From: Bacilli bacterium
GTDB lineage: Bacteria; Bacillota_I; Bacilli_A; RFN20; CAG-826
DNA: 54,725 bases
Direction of reading: 5' to 3'
Assembly (NCBI GenBank): GCA_045601325.1
Contig: JAZRZI010000023.1
Location: 1 to 54,725 of the forward strand
The position numbers and the translations under genes are program-made. Shown here one piece after another: positions 18,846 through 27,642 of this stretch. Each line of letters begins with the position of its first letter. The stretch's first letter is position 1. Under the pieces are notes generated by a model. The model was not told where the DNA came from and searched no databases. It was given only the letters and a program-made list of their open reading frames with translations.

Positions 18846-18876
18846 AAAAAAACTCGATTTTGGATACAAATCGAGC
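18846..18876 (-). terminator. Intrinsic terminator after element copy 3
   Basis: GCTCGATTT-GTATCCA-AAATCGAGT plus T-run. Confidence 0.75.
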
Positions 18877-18886
18877 ATTTTTTGTT

Positions 18887-19034
18887 AATGTGTTGTTGTG
18901 ATGAAGTTAATAGTTTTTGAAGGTGTGTGTAATGAAGATGATAGTCGTTGTGTAATGAAGTTGCTATTTTTTTATTAATACAATGTATTAATTCTTTTAC
19001 AATGTTGCTATTTTATCCGCCCTTGTGACGACTC
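18887..19034. repeat. Island non-coding element, copy 3 (three units)
   Basis: Units at 18898 (GTGATGAAG), 18929 and 18952; TTATCCGCCCTTG. Confidence 0.9.
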
Positions 19035-19047
19035 CAACTAGAATCTT

Positions 19048-20340
19048 CTAGTCTTTTAAACAACCTATTGGAACAACGAAGACACCATCATCTCTTTTAT
19101 ACCCGTATTTTGTACCAGTAATAACGATTTTAAGGTCAGGTAATCTAAGTGGCGTTTGGTTTTCATTCTTATTATGGTCAATAATTAGCTTTTCTATTTC
19201 TAACAAATGTTTGGCCCCTTCCTCTATTTCAAATGAACCTAATTTAAACTCAATTAAAGCATATCTACCATCACGCAAATGTAGAACACAATCTGCTTCA
19301 AGTCCGTATTTGTCGTGATAATAGGAGATTTCTCCACCACCACTTTGTGAATAAACTTTTAAATCTCTAATGCAAAGATTTTCAAAAATAAAGCCAAATG
19401 ATTTCAAATCATAATTGTAGTAGGAAGGCGATCCACCTAAAGCTGCAACAGCAATTGAAGGGTCAACAAATTCTCTTTTTCTTCCACTTCTCATTGCAGA
19501 ATTAGATCTAATGTTTGGACACCAACCATATAAATCTTCAACAATAAATAATTTTTCCAATATAGAAATATAGTCATCTAAAGTTACATCACTTATACGA
19601 TTAGATGATTCGATATCTTTTAAAATATTTGTTCCTTTTGCTAGTGTTGAAATATTTCTAGCATAGCTTTTTAATATCGCTTTCATTGTTTGTGGATTTC
19701 TTTTTACATCATCGATTGAAAACATATCTTTTTTGTATATTTGATTAAAATAATCCCTTGGAATTTCAAGCTGAGCCTCTTTATCAGTAAGTAAAATACT
19801 TTCTGGCCAGCCTCCACGGCATGCAGCAAAAATCAAATCATCAATGGATAAATCTGATGTACAACCATTCGCCAATGTCTCTTTTCCATCAAAAAGTTCA
19901 ATTAGTGAAACTGATCCATTTGACTCATTTGATTCAAACAAGCTCATCGGATACATTTTTAATTCCGAAATTCTTCCGGTTCCAGTATGCAATGTTTTTA
20001 CGTTTTTTGATGTAGAACCAGTTAATATAAAATGACCTTGTCCGCCATTTTCGTCACAATATGTTCTAACTGCATCCCATATAAAAGGAATATCTTGCCA
20101 TTCATCAATCAATCTTGGCTGTTCTCCATTTAGAATTATTGATGGATTAATTTTTGCGGAATATTCTAATTCTTCTTTATTATTTTGCTTTTGCAATAAA
20201 ATTAAACTTTTTGCTTTTTGCTTTGCAGTTTCAGTCTTGCCACACCACTTAGGACCAACAATATTTGTGGCTCCAAAAGCTCTTAATTTTAAATCTAACA
20301 ATTTGTCAGCAATTCTTTTATAGTAAACTTTGTTTTCCAT
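19048..20340 (-). CDS. AAA_14 ATPase with DUF4143 (PD-(D/E)xK-like) C-terminus
   Basis: GPKWCGKT, LIDEWQ, FILTGS, HTGTGR, GFIFENLCIRDL and EAD...IEFK motifs; RBS GAGGTG before ATG 20340. Confidence 0.92.
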   Translation of the reverse strand: MENKVYYKRIADKLLDLKLRAFGATNIVGPKWCGKTETAKQKAKSLILLQKQNNKEELEYSAKINPSIILNGEQPRLIDEWQDIPFIWDAVRTYCDENGGQGHFILTGSTSKNVKTLHTGTGRISELKMYPMSLFESNESNGSVSLIELFDGKETLANGCTSDLSIDDLIFAACRGGWPESILLTDKEAQLEIPRDYFNQIYKKDMFSIDDVKRNPQTMKAILKSYARNISTLAKGTNILKDIESSNRISDVTLDDYISILEKLFIVEDLYGWCPNIRSNSAMRSGRKREFVDPSIAVAALGGSPSYYNYDLKSFGFIFENLCIRDLKVYSQSGGGEISYYHDKYGLEADCVLHLRDGRYALIEFKLGSFEIEEGAKHLLEIEKLIIDHNKNENQTPLRLPDLKIVITGTKYGYKRDDGVFVVPIGCLKD

Positions 20341-20361
20341 ATAATTCACCTCATCAATATC

Positions 20362-20430
20362 TTAAAACATTTTGCTTTTTTGTCAATATTTACTTTGCTT
20401 TTTTTCTCATTTTTACTTTGCTTTTTTTCT
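20362..20430 (-). promoter_or_regulatory. Promoter with three 23-bp-phased direct repeats
   Basis: TTTGCTTTTTT at 20371, 20394 and 20417; TTGACA-16-TAAGAT on the minus strand. Confidence 0.65.
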
Positions 20431-20586
20431 TGAAATTTATTTAAATGTATAATGCTCTCTCGAGCGAAGTCCTAAAAAATAAATAAAGACAGGAGTTCTT
20501 CCGCATTATGATGGAAAATAGATATCTAATTCCTATACTTAAAATATATTTACACAAAAAATCCCCTATCCAATAAAGGATTTCAT

Positions 20587-20653
20587 AAAAAAGTCCTCCT
20601 TATTTAGTCTACAAACTTTAGTTTATAGAGTCCAAATAATGGGGACAATTTCA
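20587..20653 (-). mobile_element. Orphan IS3-family-like left end, copy B
   Basis: TGAAATTGTCCCCATTATTTGGAC...hairpin...AAGGAGG, then ATG 20586 with only 6 codons before a stop. Confidence 0.6.
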
Positions 20654-20760
20654 CCTCGATTACACAACAGGTTTTTCAGCACAAACACATGACATAGATA
20701 GTTCGTGACTCGCTCTAAAATATCGGTGTCTTTGTATGCTTCAAAACCTTCTTCGCTCAT
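20654..20760 (-). pseudogene. 5' gene fragment truncated by the IS end
   Basis: AAGGAGG-7-ATG; MSEEGFEAYKDTDILERVTNYLCHVFVLKNLLCNR reads into the IS terminus. Confidence 0.5.
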
Positions 20761-20845
20761 AGCAGAACCTCCTTATAGTTCCGCTAATCACTCTGAACAA
20801 CTAACGAAGCAACTTTAGTTTAAAAGCAAAAAGACAATAATGTCT

Positions 20846-21420
20846 TTATTTCTCAATAATCAATTTGATTGCTTTGCCATCCGTAAGCCAGCCAATCTTC
20901 TTTTCTTGGAAGGTTTTATCCTCTTTTGCAAAGTTGAAATCCTTTAATAATTGAGTAACTCCTCCTAGATATTTACGAGCTGGAGAGAAAGTTGCTTCAT
21001 ATTCTTTTGTGCCATTAACAACCACCTTAACATTATGTTTGTTTTCATTATTTTCAAGCTTGTTAACTATTGTTGATGGTATTGAAATAATACGTGCTCT
21101 TATATCGTTGACAGTAACCATTTTAAAAACGTAATCTTTAGTTTCATCAGTTTCCATTGAGGCTTCTTTAAAATCAGAATCTCTATTCATAAATTCGGAT
21201 AAAGCAACACCACTAAATACTGGCATGTAACTGAAGCCAATTCCTTTGTCGATTAAAATCGACACTAAGTCCAAACCATCAATAACAATGACCAGACGAT
21301 GAGGATCCTTTGTTAATGCCTCGTTCTTAGCCTTGTCGCTAACATGTGAGGTTGTTATAAACAAGCCCTTTTCATTCGTAAGCAAAGTTCCACGAAGAGC
21401 ATCTATCTTCGACGCAACGC
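20846..21420 (-). pseudogene. Mrr-like restriction endonuclease, C-terminal fragment
   Basis: IDALRGTL...KGLFITTS...A...A...VIDG.DLV is the second half of Mrr_cat; the D..Q.K catalytic part is absent. Confidence 0.7.
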
Positions 21421-21755
21421 AAATCGGTGTTTTTAAACCAAGGATTAACTCCTTCAACTAAATGAAATTTATCAACCCATAAGAACAGATAACCGCTTGG
21501 GATCAAGCACCTATTTATTTCCTTAATAAACTTAAGAATTATTTTTACGTCCATTTGTGTCAACGAACTTCTATCTTTTCCTCTAGAAACACCTTCGTTT
21601 CCATAGGAAAGCTTATCTAATACGCCACGATATTGAGGATCAAAAAATAAGCACTTGATAGAGTTGTCTTCTATGTTTTTCAAAAGTACCACTCCATCTA
21701 TTTTGTTTTTATGGTTTGTCTTTATGTTTAAAGTGCAATTTTCTTTAATACCCAT
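21421..21755 (-). pseudogene. N4/N6 DNA methyltransferase (beta class), N-terminal fragment
   Basis: DG..LL..I.DNSI...FFDPQY (motif IV), EI.R.L.PSG.LFLW; no FxGxG motif because the gene is truncated. Confidence 0.8.
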
Positions 21756-21841
21756 TTACGAAATCCGACCTAACCCAAATGTATACTAATTATATTTCAG
21801 TTGGGTTTATATGCAACGCAGATGTGTATTAAAATGCTCGC

Positions 21842-22153
21842 ATGAGCGTACTAGATAAAATAAAGAAATTACAAAAGGAAAGAGGCTGGTCGACTTACAA
21901 ACTCGCTTACGAAGCAGGATTAACTCAATCGACTTTATCTAACATGTTTGCCAGGGGCACATGTCCAACGGTTGATACTCTGGAAAGAATTTGTGATGCT
22001 TTTGGCATTTCACTTTCAGAGTTCTTTAACGAAAATGATAAAGTGATTCATGTTTCTAAAGATGAGTTAGAATTGCTTGATGGTTATCGTTCATTAACAG
22101 AAAAAGAAAAAGATGCTGTTAAATCGATGGTTTCAGCATTAAAGCATAAATAG
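21842..22153 (+). CDS. XRE-family repressor (ICE/prophage type)
   Basis: ERGWSTYKLA..AGL.QSTL...PT..TLE.IC.AFGISLSEFF; LL..YR.L...EK. Confidence 0.9.
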   Translation: MSVLDKIKKLQKERGWSTYKLAYEAGLTQSTLSNMFARGTCPTVDTLERICDAFGISLSEFFNENDKVIHVSKDELELLDGYRSLTEKEKDAVKSMVSALKHK

Positions 22154-22172
22154 TTACTTTATCCAAATATTA

Positions 22173-22194
22173 TAAGAGGCCTGCCTCTTTTTTT
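22173..22194 (+). terminator. Intrinsic terminator
   Basis: AAGAGGC-CT-GCCTCTT plus T-run. Confidence 0.65.
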
Positions 22195-22200
22195 ATTGAA

Positions 22201-22355
22201 ATACTAGAAAACTATTTAAGGTCAAATCGTGTTCTAGAATTAAGATATAATTCCACGGAAGAAGAAATTGATGCATTGATGCCTTGGAATTTAGAAAAAT
22301 AACTCGGACGTTCGATGGTTCGAGTTTTTGTTACCTGTAAAACATTAACACTTAC
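22201..22355 (+). mobile_element. IS66-family 3' relic (TnpC C-terminus plus right end)
   Basis: Frame YL...VL...EEIDALMPWNLEK* (stop at 22300) resembles the IS66 I.ELLPWN tail; ends in CACTTAC, the complement of GTAAG. Confidence 0.65.
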
Positions 22356-22384
22356 ATAAAAATACATTAAAAATGCATAAAAAA

Positions 22385-22417
22385 GAAAAAAAGATGATAA
22401 AGATTTTTATCATCTTC
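22385..22417 (-). terminator. Terminator downstream of tRNA-Arg
   Basis: AAGATGATAAA...TTTATCATCTT plus T-run. Confidence 0.75.
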
Positions 22418-22429
22418 GTTTCACAATTT

Positions 22430-22506
22430 TGGCGCGCTCGAGACGATTCGAACGTCCGACTCCCACCTTAGGAGGGTGGTACTCTATCCAGCTGAGTTAC
22501 GGGCGC
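22430..22506 (-). tRNA. tRNA-Arg (anticodon CCT)
   Basis: 77-nt cloverleaf GCGCCCG...CCACC-CTCCTAA-GGTGG...GTTCGAATC...GCGCGCCA. Confidence 0.97.
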
Positions 22507-22515
22507 GTTTGCTAA

Positions 22516-23421
22516 CTACTTATTAAAAAAGTTAGCGATATCATTAAAGACGGTGAATTTATCTGTTTCGTTGCAAATTTCATGTCTCATGCCTTTATAG
22601 ATATTTGTATCTACATCATTAAACCCAAGCTTGTTATACATTTTCTTTAAAGTTAATGTAGCTTTTGAATAACCTGTAACAGGGTCTTCTTCACCGGTGA
22701 TGATATAGATAGGAAGGTCTTTTCTAATACTATTTAGACCTTTCTTTGTGTATAGCTTTTTCATTCCCTTAAGGAATTCTAAACAGAAACCATTATTAGG
22801 GCCAAAACCACTTAATGGATCCGCGATATATGTATCAACGTTTTCAGTATTATAAGATAACCAGTCGAATGACGTTCTAGGTTCTTTAATGCGTTTATTA
22901 AAGTTACCAAACATTAAGTTATTAAGCATCTTTGCTTTAACGTTTCTTTTCTTCTTAGTGGTAATCATTTTAGCGAGCATTAATCCAATAGGAACCGCTT
23001 TATTTTTCGCACCACTGCCACATAAGATAATTCTATCTATTTCGTTAGAATATTTTTGGATAAAGCCTTGTCCAACATAGCTACCCATACTATGGGCAAA
23101 TACTGATGTAGGAACATTACTATTAATACTATTTATTAATAAATGCATATTGTCTATCATCTTATTGAAGCCATCAATTGGCCAAATACCTATATTTTGG
23201 AGGTCTGGGGCAACGTTTTGTCCTTGACCGTAATAATCTAAGCAATATACATCAAATCCTTCCCCATTGAGACGTTTTGCAAGAGCGTCATATCTAAGGG
23301 AATGTTCTTCCATACCTTCAAAGATGAGAACGTTGCCTTTAGGATTATCTATTTTCCAAGATAAGCCATATACTTCTTTACCATCATTATCGGTGATTTG
23401 AATTCTAATTGCTTCAGACAT
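22516..23421 (-). CDS. Alpha/beta hydrolase (lysophospholipase-like)
   Basis: GMEEHSLRY, AHSMGS, GEEDPV and MRHEI motifs. Confidence 0.9.
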   Translation of the reverse strand: MSEAIRIQITDNDGKEVYGLSWKIDNPKGNVLIFEGMEEHSLRYDALAKRLNGEGFDVYCLDYYGQGQNVAPDLQNIGIWPIDGFNKMIDNMHLLINSINSNVPTSVFAHSMGSYVGQGFIQKYSNEIDRIILCGSGAKNKAVPIGLMLAKMITTKKKRNVKAKMLNNLMFGNFNKRIKEPRTSFDWLSYNTENVDTYIADPLSGFGPNNGFCLEFLKGMKKLYTKKGLNSIRKDLPIYIITGEEDPVTGYSKATLTLKKMYNKLGFNDVDTNIYKGMRHEICNETDKFTVFNDIANFFNK

Positions 23422-23432
23422 ATTTATATCTC

Positions 23433-24449
23433 CTATTTGTCGTATCCATTAGGATTATTCTTTTGCCATTTCCAAGAATCGCGGCATGCATCCACGATTG
23501 TCTTTTCTGTTTTAAAGCCCATTTCTTCAAATGCTTTAGTTGCATCAGCATAGTTAGTAGCGACGTCACCTGGTCTTCTATCACAGAATTCATATTTAAC
23601 AGTGACGCCATTGGCTTTTTCAAAAGCGTGCACTAATTCAAGAACAGATGTTCCACGACCAGTACCTAAGTTATAAATAACTAATCCTGGTTTAGTTTCT
23701 AATTTCTTTAAAGCACATAAGTGACCTCTTGCTAAATCCACCACATGGATATAGTCTCTAACACCAGTTCCATCAATTGTGTCATAATCATTGCCAAAGA
23801 CATTTAAGTGATCACGTTTACCCACTGCTACTTGAGTGACATAAGGCATTAAGTTATTAGGAATACCATTAGGGTCTTCACCGATTAAACCAGATTCATG
23901 CGCTCCAATTGGGTTGAAGTATCTCAAGATAGCGATGTTAGCGTCTTTATGTTCTTTAGCGTAATCTTTTAAAAGATATTCGATATCTAATTTTGTTTGA
24001 CCATAAGGATTTGTGCATCCACCGACAGGATCGGTCTCTTTTAGAGGGACATGGTCAGGAGTGCCATATACAGTCGCGGAAGAAGAGAACACTAAGTTCT
24101 TAACTCTGTATTCATTCATAAGTTTAATTAAAACTTTGGAAGAACCAACATTATTATCAAAATATAATTGAGGTTTTAAAACAGATTCACCAACGCTTTT
24201 TAAACCTGCAAAATGAATGACATCAGTGATATCTTCTTTTACAAAGATTTCACGCATCTTTTCCTCATCTTGTACAGATGCTTCATAAAATTTAGGTTTC
24301 TTACCTGTAATCTTAAAGATTCTATTTAATACTTCAGGTTTAGAGTTAACGTAATTGTCTACGATAACAACTTCATAATTGTGATTTAATAAATCAACGA
24401 CAGTGTGGGAACCAATATATCCAGTTCCACCAGTAACAAGAATAGCCAT
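23433..24449 (-). CDS. galE: UDP-glucose 4-epimerase
   Basis: GGTGYIGSH, HFAGLKSVGES, YGQTK, LRYFNPIGAH and RDYIHV motifs. Confidence 0.97.
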   Translation of the reverse strand: MAILVTGGTGYIGSHTVVDLLNHNYEVVIVDNYVNSKPEVLNRIFKITGKKPKFYEASVQDEEKMREIFVKEDITDVIHFAGLKSVGESVLKPQLYFDNNVGSSKVLIKLMNEYRVKNLVFSSSATVYGTPDHVPLKETDPVGGCTNPYGQTKLDIEYLLKDYAKEHKDANIAILRYFNPIGAHESGLIGEDPNGIPNNLMPYVTQVAVGKRDHLNVFGNDYDTIDGTGVRDYIHVVDLARGHLCALKKLETKPGLVIYNLGTGRGTSVLELVHAFEKANGVTVKYEFCDRRPGDVATNYADATKAFEEMGFKTEKTIVDACRDSWKWQKNNPNGYDK

Positions 24450-24450
24450 A

Positions 24451-25854
24451 TTATCTTTTTTCTATCTCCTTTAACAATAATGTCGAAACATTCTTAGGAT
24501 CGATTTTATCCTTGAACTCTTTTATTATAAGTCCCATTAAATATTTAATTAAATGGTTTTTACCATTTTTGTACTCTATTAATATTTCTTTATTAGAGTC
24601 GAGAATTTTGTTGATATAATCGACGACAACATCATCATCAACTAGATTAATATTCATTAGTGAATCAACATCACTGATATCTCCGTTTATTATTAAACCG
24701 ACTTTATCTTTAATAGAGTTGTATGATAGGTTACCTAAACTAACTAGATTAGTAAGCTTAGTGAAACTATTAGCGAAAACATTTAAATCTATTAAAGAAA
24801 TATTGTTCTTATAAGCAAAGCTAGAAACATTATTTATAATAAAATTCGCTAAAAGAATTGGATCAATAGAACCTAACAAGCAGGCATCAAATAAATTCTT
24901 TAAATCTATATCACTGATTAACACATCAATGGTTTCGTGTGATATACCTAAATGTTCAAATCTATGATGAGCAGAGGCTGGTAACTCAGGCATTTTATGA
25001 TAAACATCAAACACAAATTCATTAGATAAGAAAATAGGAGCAATATTAGTTTCAGGAATATAACAATATCCTTGCTCATCGCACTTATCCCTTAAAAGTT
25101 GAAGAGACTTAGTAGAATCAGCATAAGAATAAGTTTGTTTATAAATAACTCCTCCAGATAAAAGGATTCTATTTTGTTGTTCGATGGCACGTTCCAATGC
25201 AAGGCCTAAGTTTTTAACACTGTTCAAGTTTTTAATTTCAAAATATGGATTGAGTTTATTGCTTCCAAAAGGTCTTAACGATACATTAGCGTCGCATCTT
25301 AAACTTCCATCTTCAAGTTTGCCATCTGAAATACCTAAAAATGTTGATAATTGAATGACGTATTTCAAACACTTTTTAGCGTCGTCACTATTTCGTATAT
25401 CGGATTCGAAAACTATCTCTATTAATGGAATCCCACTTCTGTTGTAATCGAGATATATATTTTCGTTATCTAATATTTGTTTAGCGGTGTCTTCTTCTAA
25501 GTGGATTTCTTTGATTCTAAACGTCTTTCCATCGAGATGAATTTCTCCATCAGTTCCAATAGGGAATCTATGTTGTGTTATTTGATACCCTTTCGCTAAG
25601 TCATGATAAAAATAATTCTTTCTATCAAATGTTACGAAAGGATTGATCTTGCAATTAAGCGCAAAGGCAAGCATCAAAGCACATTCAATGCATTTGGAAT
25701 TCACTGTTGGAAGAAATCCTGGGTAAGCAATGTCAATTGGGCTAACCGCAGCATTAGCCTCTAAACTAGAAGAATTCAAAGCGTTAGAAAATAACTTGCT
25801 ATTAGTTTTTAATTGCAAGTGAAGTTCAAGCCCGATGATTGTTTCAAAGTTCAT
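24451..25854 (-). CDS. gatB: Asp/Glu-tRNA amidotransferase subunit B
   Basis: IGLELH, FDRKNYFY.DL.KGYQITQ, HLEED and RCDANVS motifs. Confidence 0.95.
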   Translation of the reverse strand: MNFETIIGLELHLQLKTNSKLFSNALNSSSLEANAAVSPIDIAYPGFLPTVNSKCIECALMLAFALNCKINPFVTFDRKNYFYHDLAKGYQITQHRFPIGTDGEIHLDGKTFRIKEIHLEEDTAKQILDNENIYLDYNRSGIPLIEIVFESDIRNSDDAKKCLKYVIQLSTFLGISDGKLEDGSLRCDANVSLRPFGSNKLNPYFEIKNLNSVKNLGLALERAIEQQNRILLSGGVIYKQTYSYADSTKSLQLLRDKCDEQGYCYIPETNIAPIFLSNEFVFDVYHKMPELPASAHHRFEHLGISHETIDVLISDIDLKNLFDACLLGSIDPILLANFIINNVSSFAYKNNISLIDLNVFANSFTKLTNLVSLGNLSYNSIKDKVGLIINGDISDVDSLMNINLVDDDVVVDYINKILDSNKEILIEYKNGKNHLIKYLMGLIIKEFKDKIDPKNVSTLLLKEIEKR

Positions 25855-25857
25855 ATA

Positions 25858-27288
25858 TTAAGAGTTAAAAATATTTTCAAATAGATGAGATATTTCTAGA
25901 AGTTTCTTTTCTTCAAAAAGATTGCAGGCAATATTGCCACCGAAAGGTAAATTATCAATATTACCTAAAGGTAAAGTTATGGATGGGAACCCACCCATAT
26001 TTTGAATAGGCATATGATTATCCGCAATTAAGTATTCATCAGATAATCTATCAACAGTGTCGCTAAATTTAGGAGCAGGCCCTGCTGCTGAAGGTACAAA
26101 CACTGCATCGTATTTATCTAATAACTTTTTATATTCATTAGTGATTAATGTTCTAGCTTTTAATGCTTTACTAAATAAAGAAATCTCGTCATTATTATTC
26201 ATCGCTATATAGCCACCCAATAGCAAACGTTTTTTAATTGATGGATGAAACAATGTAGAACGAAGATCACAAGCACTTTGTTCAAATGATTTATTAGATA
26301 AAGATTGTCCAAATTTTAAACCATCAATATAACGTAAATTAGATTGAACTTCCACACATGAAATAATCATATATGTAGGATATACCGCTCTCAATAAGTT
26401 GATATCGTAACTGGCATAGTCAATTTCAACGCCAGATGCTTTAAGTTTTTCTACATTATTTAAGAATAAATCCTTGGCTTTTTTGTTTGATAATGAATCA
26501 ACAATTTCTTTGATAATACAAATTTTATATTTTGTTTTATTTGAATTGGACGGACAATAATCTTCAACTTCTAAGGAAGAACAAGTTGTATCTTTATCGT
26601 CTTTGCCTGCTAAGGCATTAAGTATAATTGCGGAATCGTATACATATTTAGTAATAATACCAACATGGTCTAATGATGGCGCAAAAGGAAACAAGCCAAA
26701 TCTAGAAATACGTCCCCAAGTTGGTTTTAAACCTGTAACACCTGCATAAGACACAGGCTTTCTTACACTATCACCAGTATCTGAACCAACCGAAAATGGT
26801 ACTATACCAGCACACACTGCGCTAACAGAACCAGAAGAAGAACCACCAACTAATCTTTCATGGCTAGGATCTTTTGGATTATATATTTTTCCTATATGGC
26901 AAGTATCGCCTCTACCACCCATTGCGAATTCATCCATGGTGTTTTTGCCAATGAGGATAGCGCCTTGCTCTTTTAATCTCGTATATACTTCAGCATCAAA
27001 ATTAGGAATATAACCTTTAAGAGTGTCACTAGAAGCACAGGTAGGAATTCCCTTAGTGGAGAAGTTATCTTTTAAACAGTAAGGAATACCCCATAATAAG
27101 TTATTCTTTTTTGTAATATCTAAGTGATTTGCTTGATAAATTGCCTCATTTTCACAAATATATTCAAAGCAATTGTTATTATCTTCTTTAGCGCGTTTGA
27201 TAGCTTCTTTAGTGAGCTCAATAGGAGTGACTTTGCCTTCTATGATTGCTTTATGGATGCTTAAAATATCTAAATCTAAATAGCTCAT
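25858..27288 (-). CDS. gatA: Asp/Glu-tRNA amidotransferase subunit A
   Basis: KDN, MDEFAMG, GGSSSGS and GSDTGDSVRKP motifs. Confidence 0.93.
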   Translation of the reverse strand: MSYLDLDILSIHKAIIEGKVTPIELTKEAIKRAKEDNNNCFEYICENEAIYQANHLDITKKNNLLWGIPYCLKDNFSTKGIPTCASSDTLKGYIPNFDAEVYTRLKEQGAILIGKNTMDEFAMGGRGDTCHIGKIYNPKDPSHERLVGGSSSGSVSAVCAGIVPFSVGSDTGDSVRKPVSYAGVTGLKPTWGRISRFGLFPFAPSLDHVGIITKYVYDSAIILNALAGKDDKDTTCSSLEVEDYCPSNSNKTKYKICIIKEIVDSLSNKKAKDLFLNNVEKLKASGVEIDYASYDINLLRAVYPTYMIISCVEVQSNLRYIDGLKFGQSLSNKSFEQSACDLRSTLFHPSIKKRLLLGGYIAMNNNDEISLFSKALKARTLITNEYKKLLDKYDAVFVPSAAGPAPKFSDTVDRLSDEYLIADNHMPIQNMGGFPSITLPLGNIDNLPFGGNIACNLFEEKKLLEISHLFENIFNS

Positions 27289-27581
27289 TATTTGCCATCC
27301 TTCTTAGCAATAATTAAATCGCTATTATGATTAGGTGATTGATTTAATATAACTTGTTTACTGTTTGAATCAATTGGATTGTCTTCCCTAACGTTACCAA
27401 TAAATTCATAAGGAAAGATTGATTTACTGGCTTCATCTAATCCTTTAATGCAATCAAATATTTCAAATTGTTTGTGATATATTTGAAAATCATTAATAGC
27501 ACTACAAAGTTCATCATCAGTTAATATTATCAACTGATTCTTTTCGCTTTCATGAATAATTGATTTAAAATCCTTTTTCAT
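27288..27581 (-). CDS. gatC: Amidotransferase subunit C (divergent)
   Basis: Position, 97-aa size and the VRED...IL.QSP motif. Confidence 0.75.
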   Translation of the reverse strand: MKKDFKSIIHESEKNQLIILTDDELCSAINDFQIYHKQFEIFDCIKGLDEASKSIFPYEFIGNVREDNPIDSNSKQVILNQSPNHNSDLIIAKKDGK

Positions 27582-27642
27582 AGCGATAGAGATTTTATCA
27601 TAAACTAAAATTTTTATAAATAAAAATCCACTTAATGATATT

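Larger units (their letters stand above)
10750..22355. mobile_element. Decayed accessory/defence island next to the tRNA-Arg 3' end (left boundary approximate)
   Basis: Cluster of TA, RM, XRE and IS relics and internal repeats; no integrase or att duplication found. Confidence 0.6.

Noticed and set aside
20457-20466. TCTCGAGCG match to the tRNA 3' end as an att site
   Set aside because: Only 9 bp and inverted relative to the tRNA, so not a direct att duplication.
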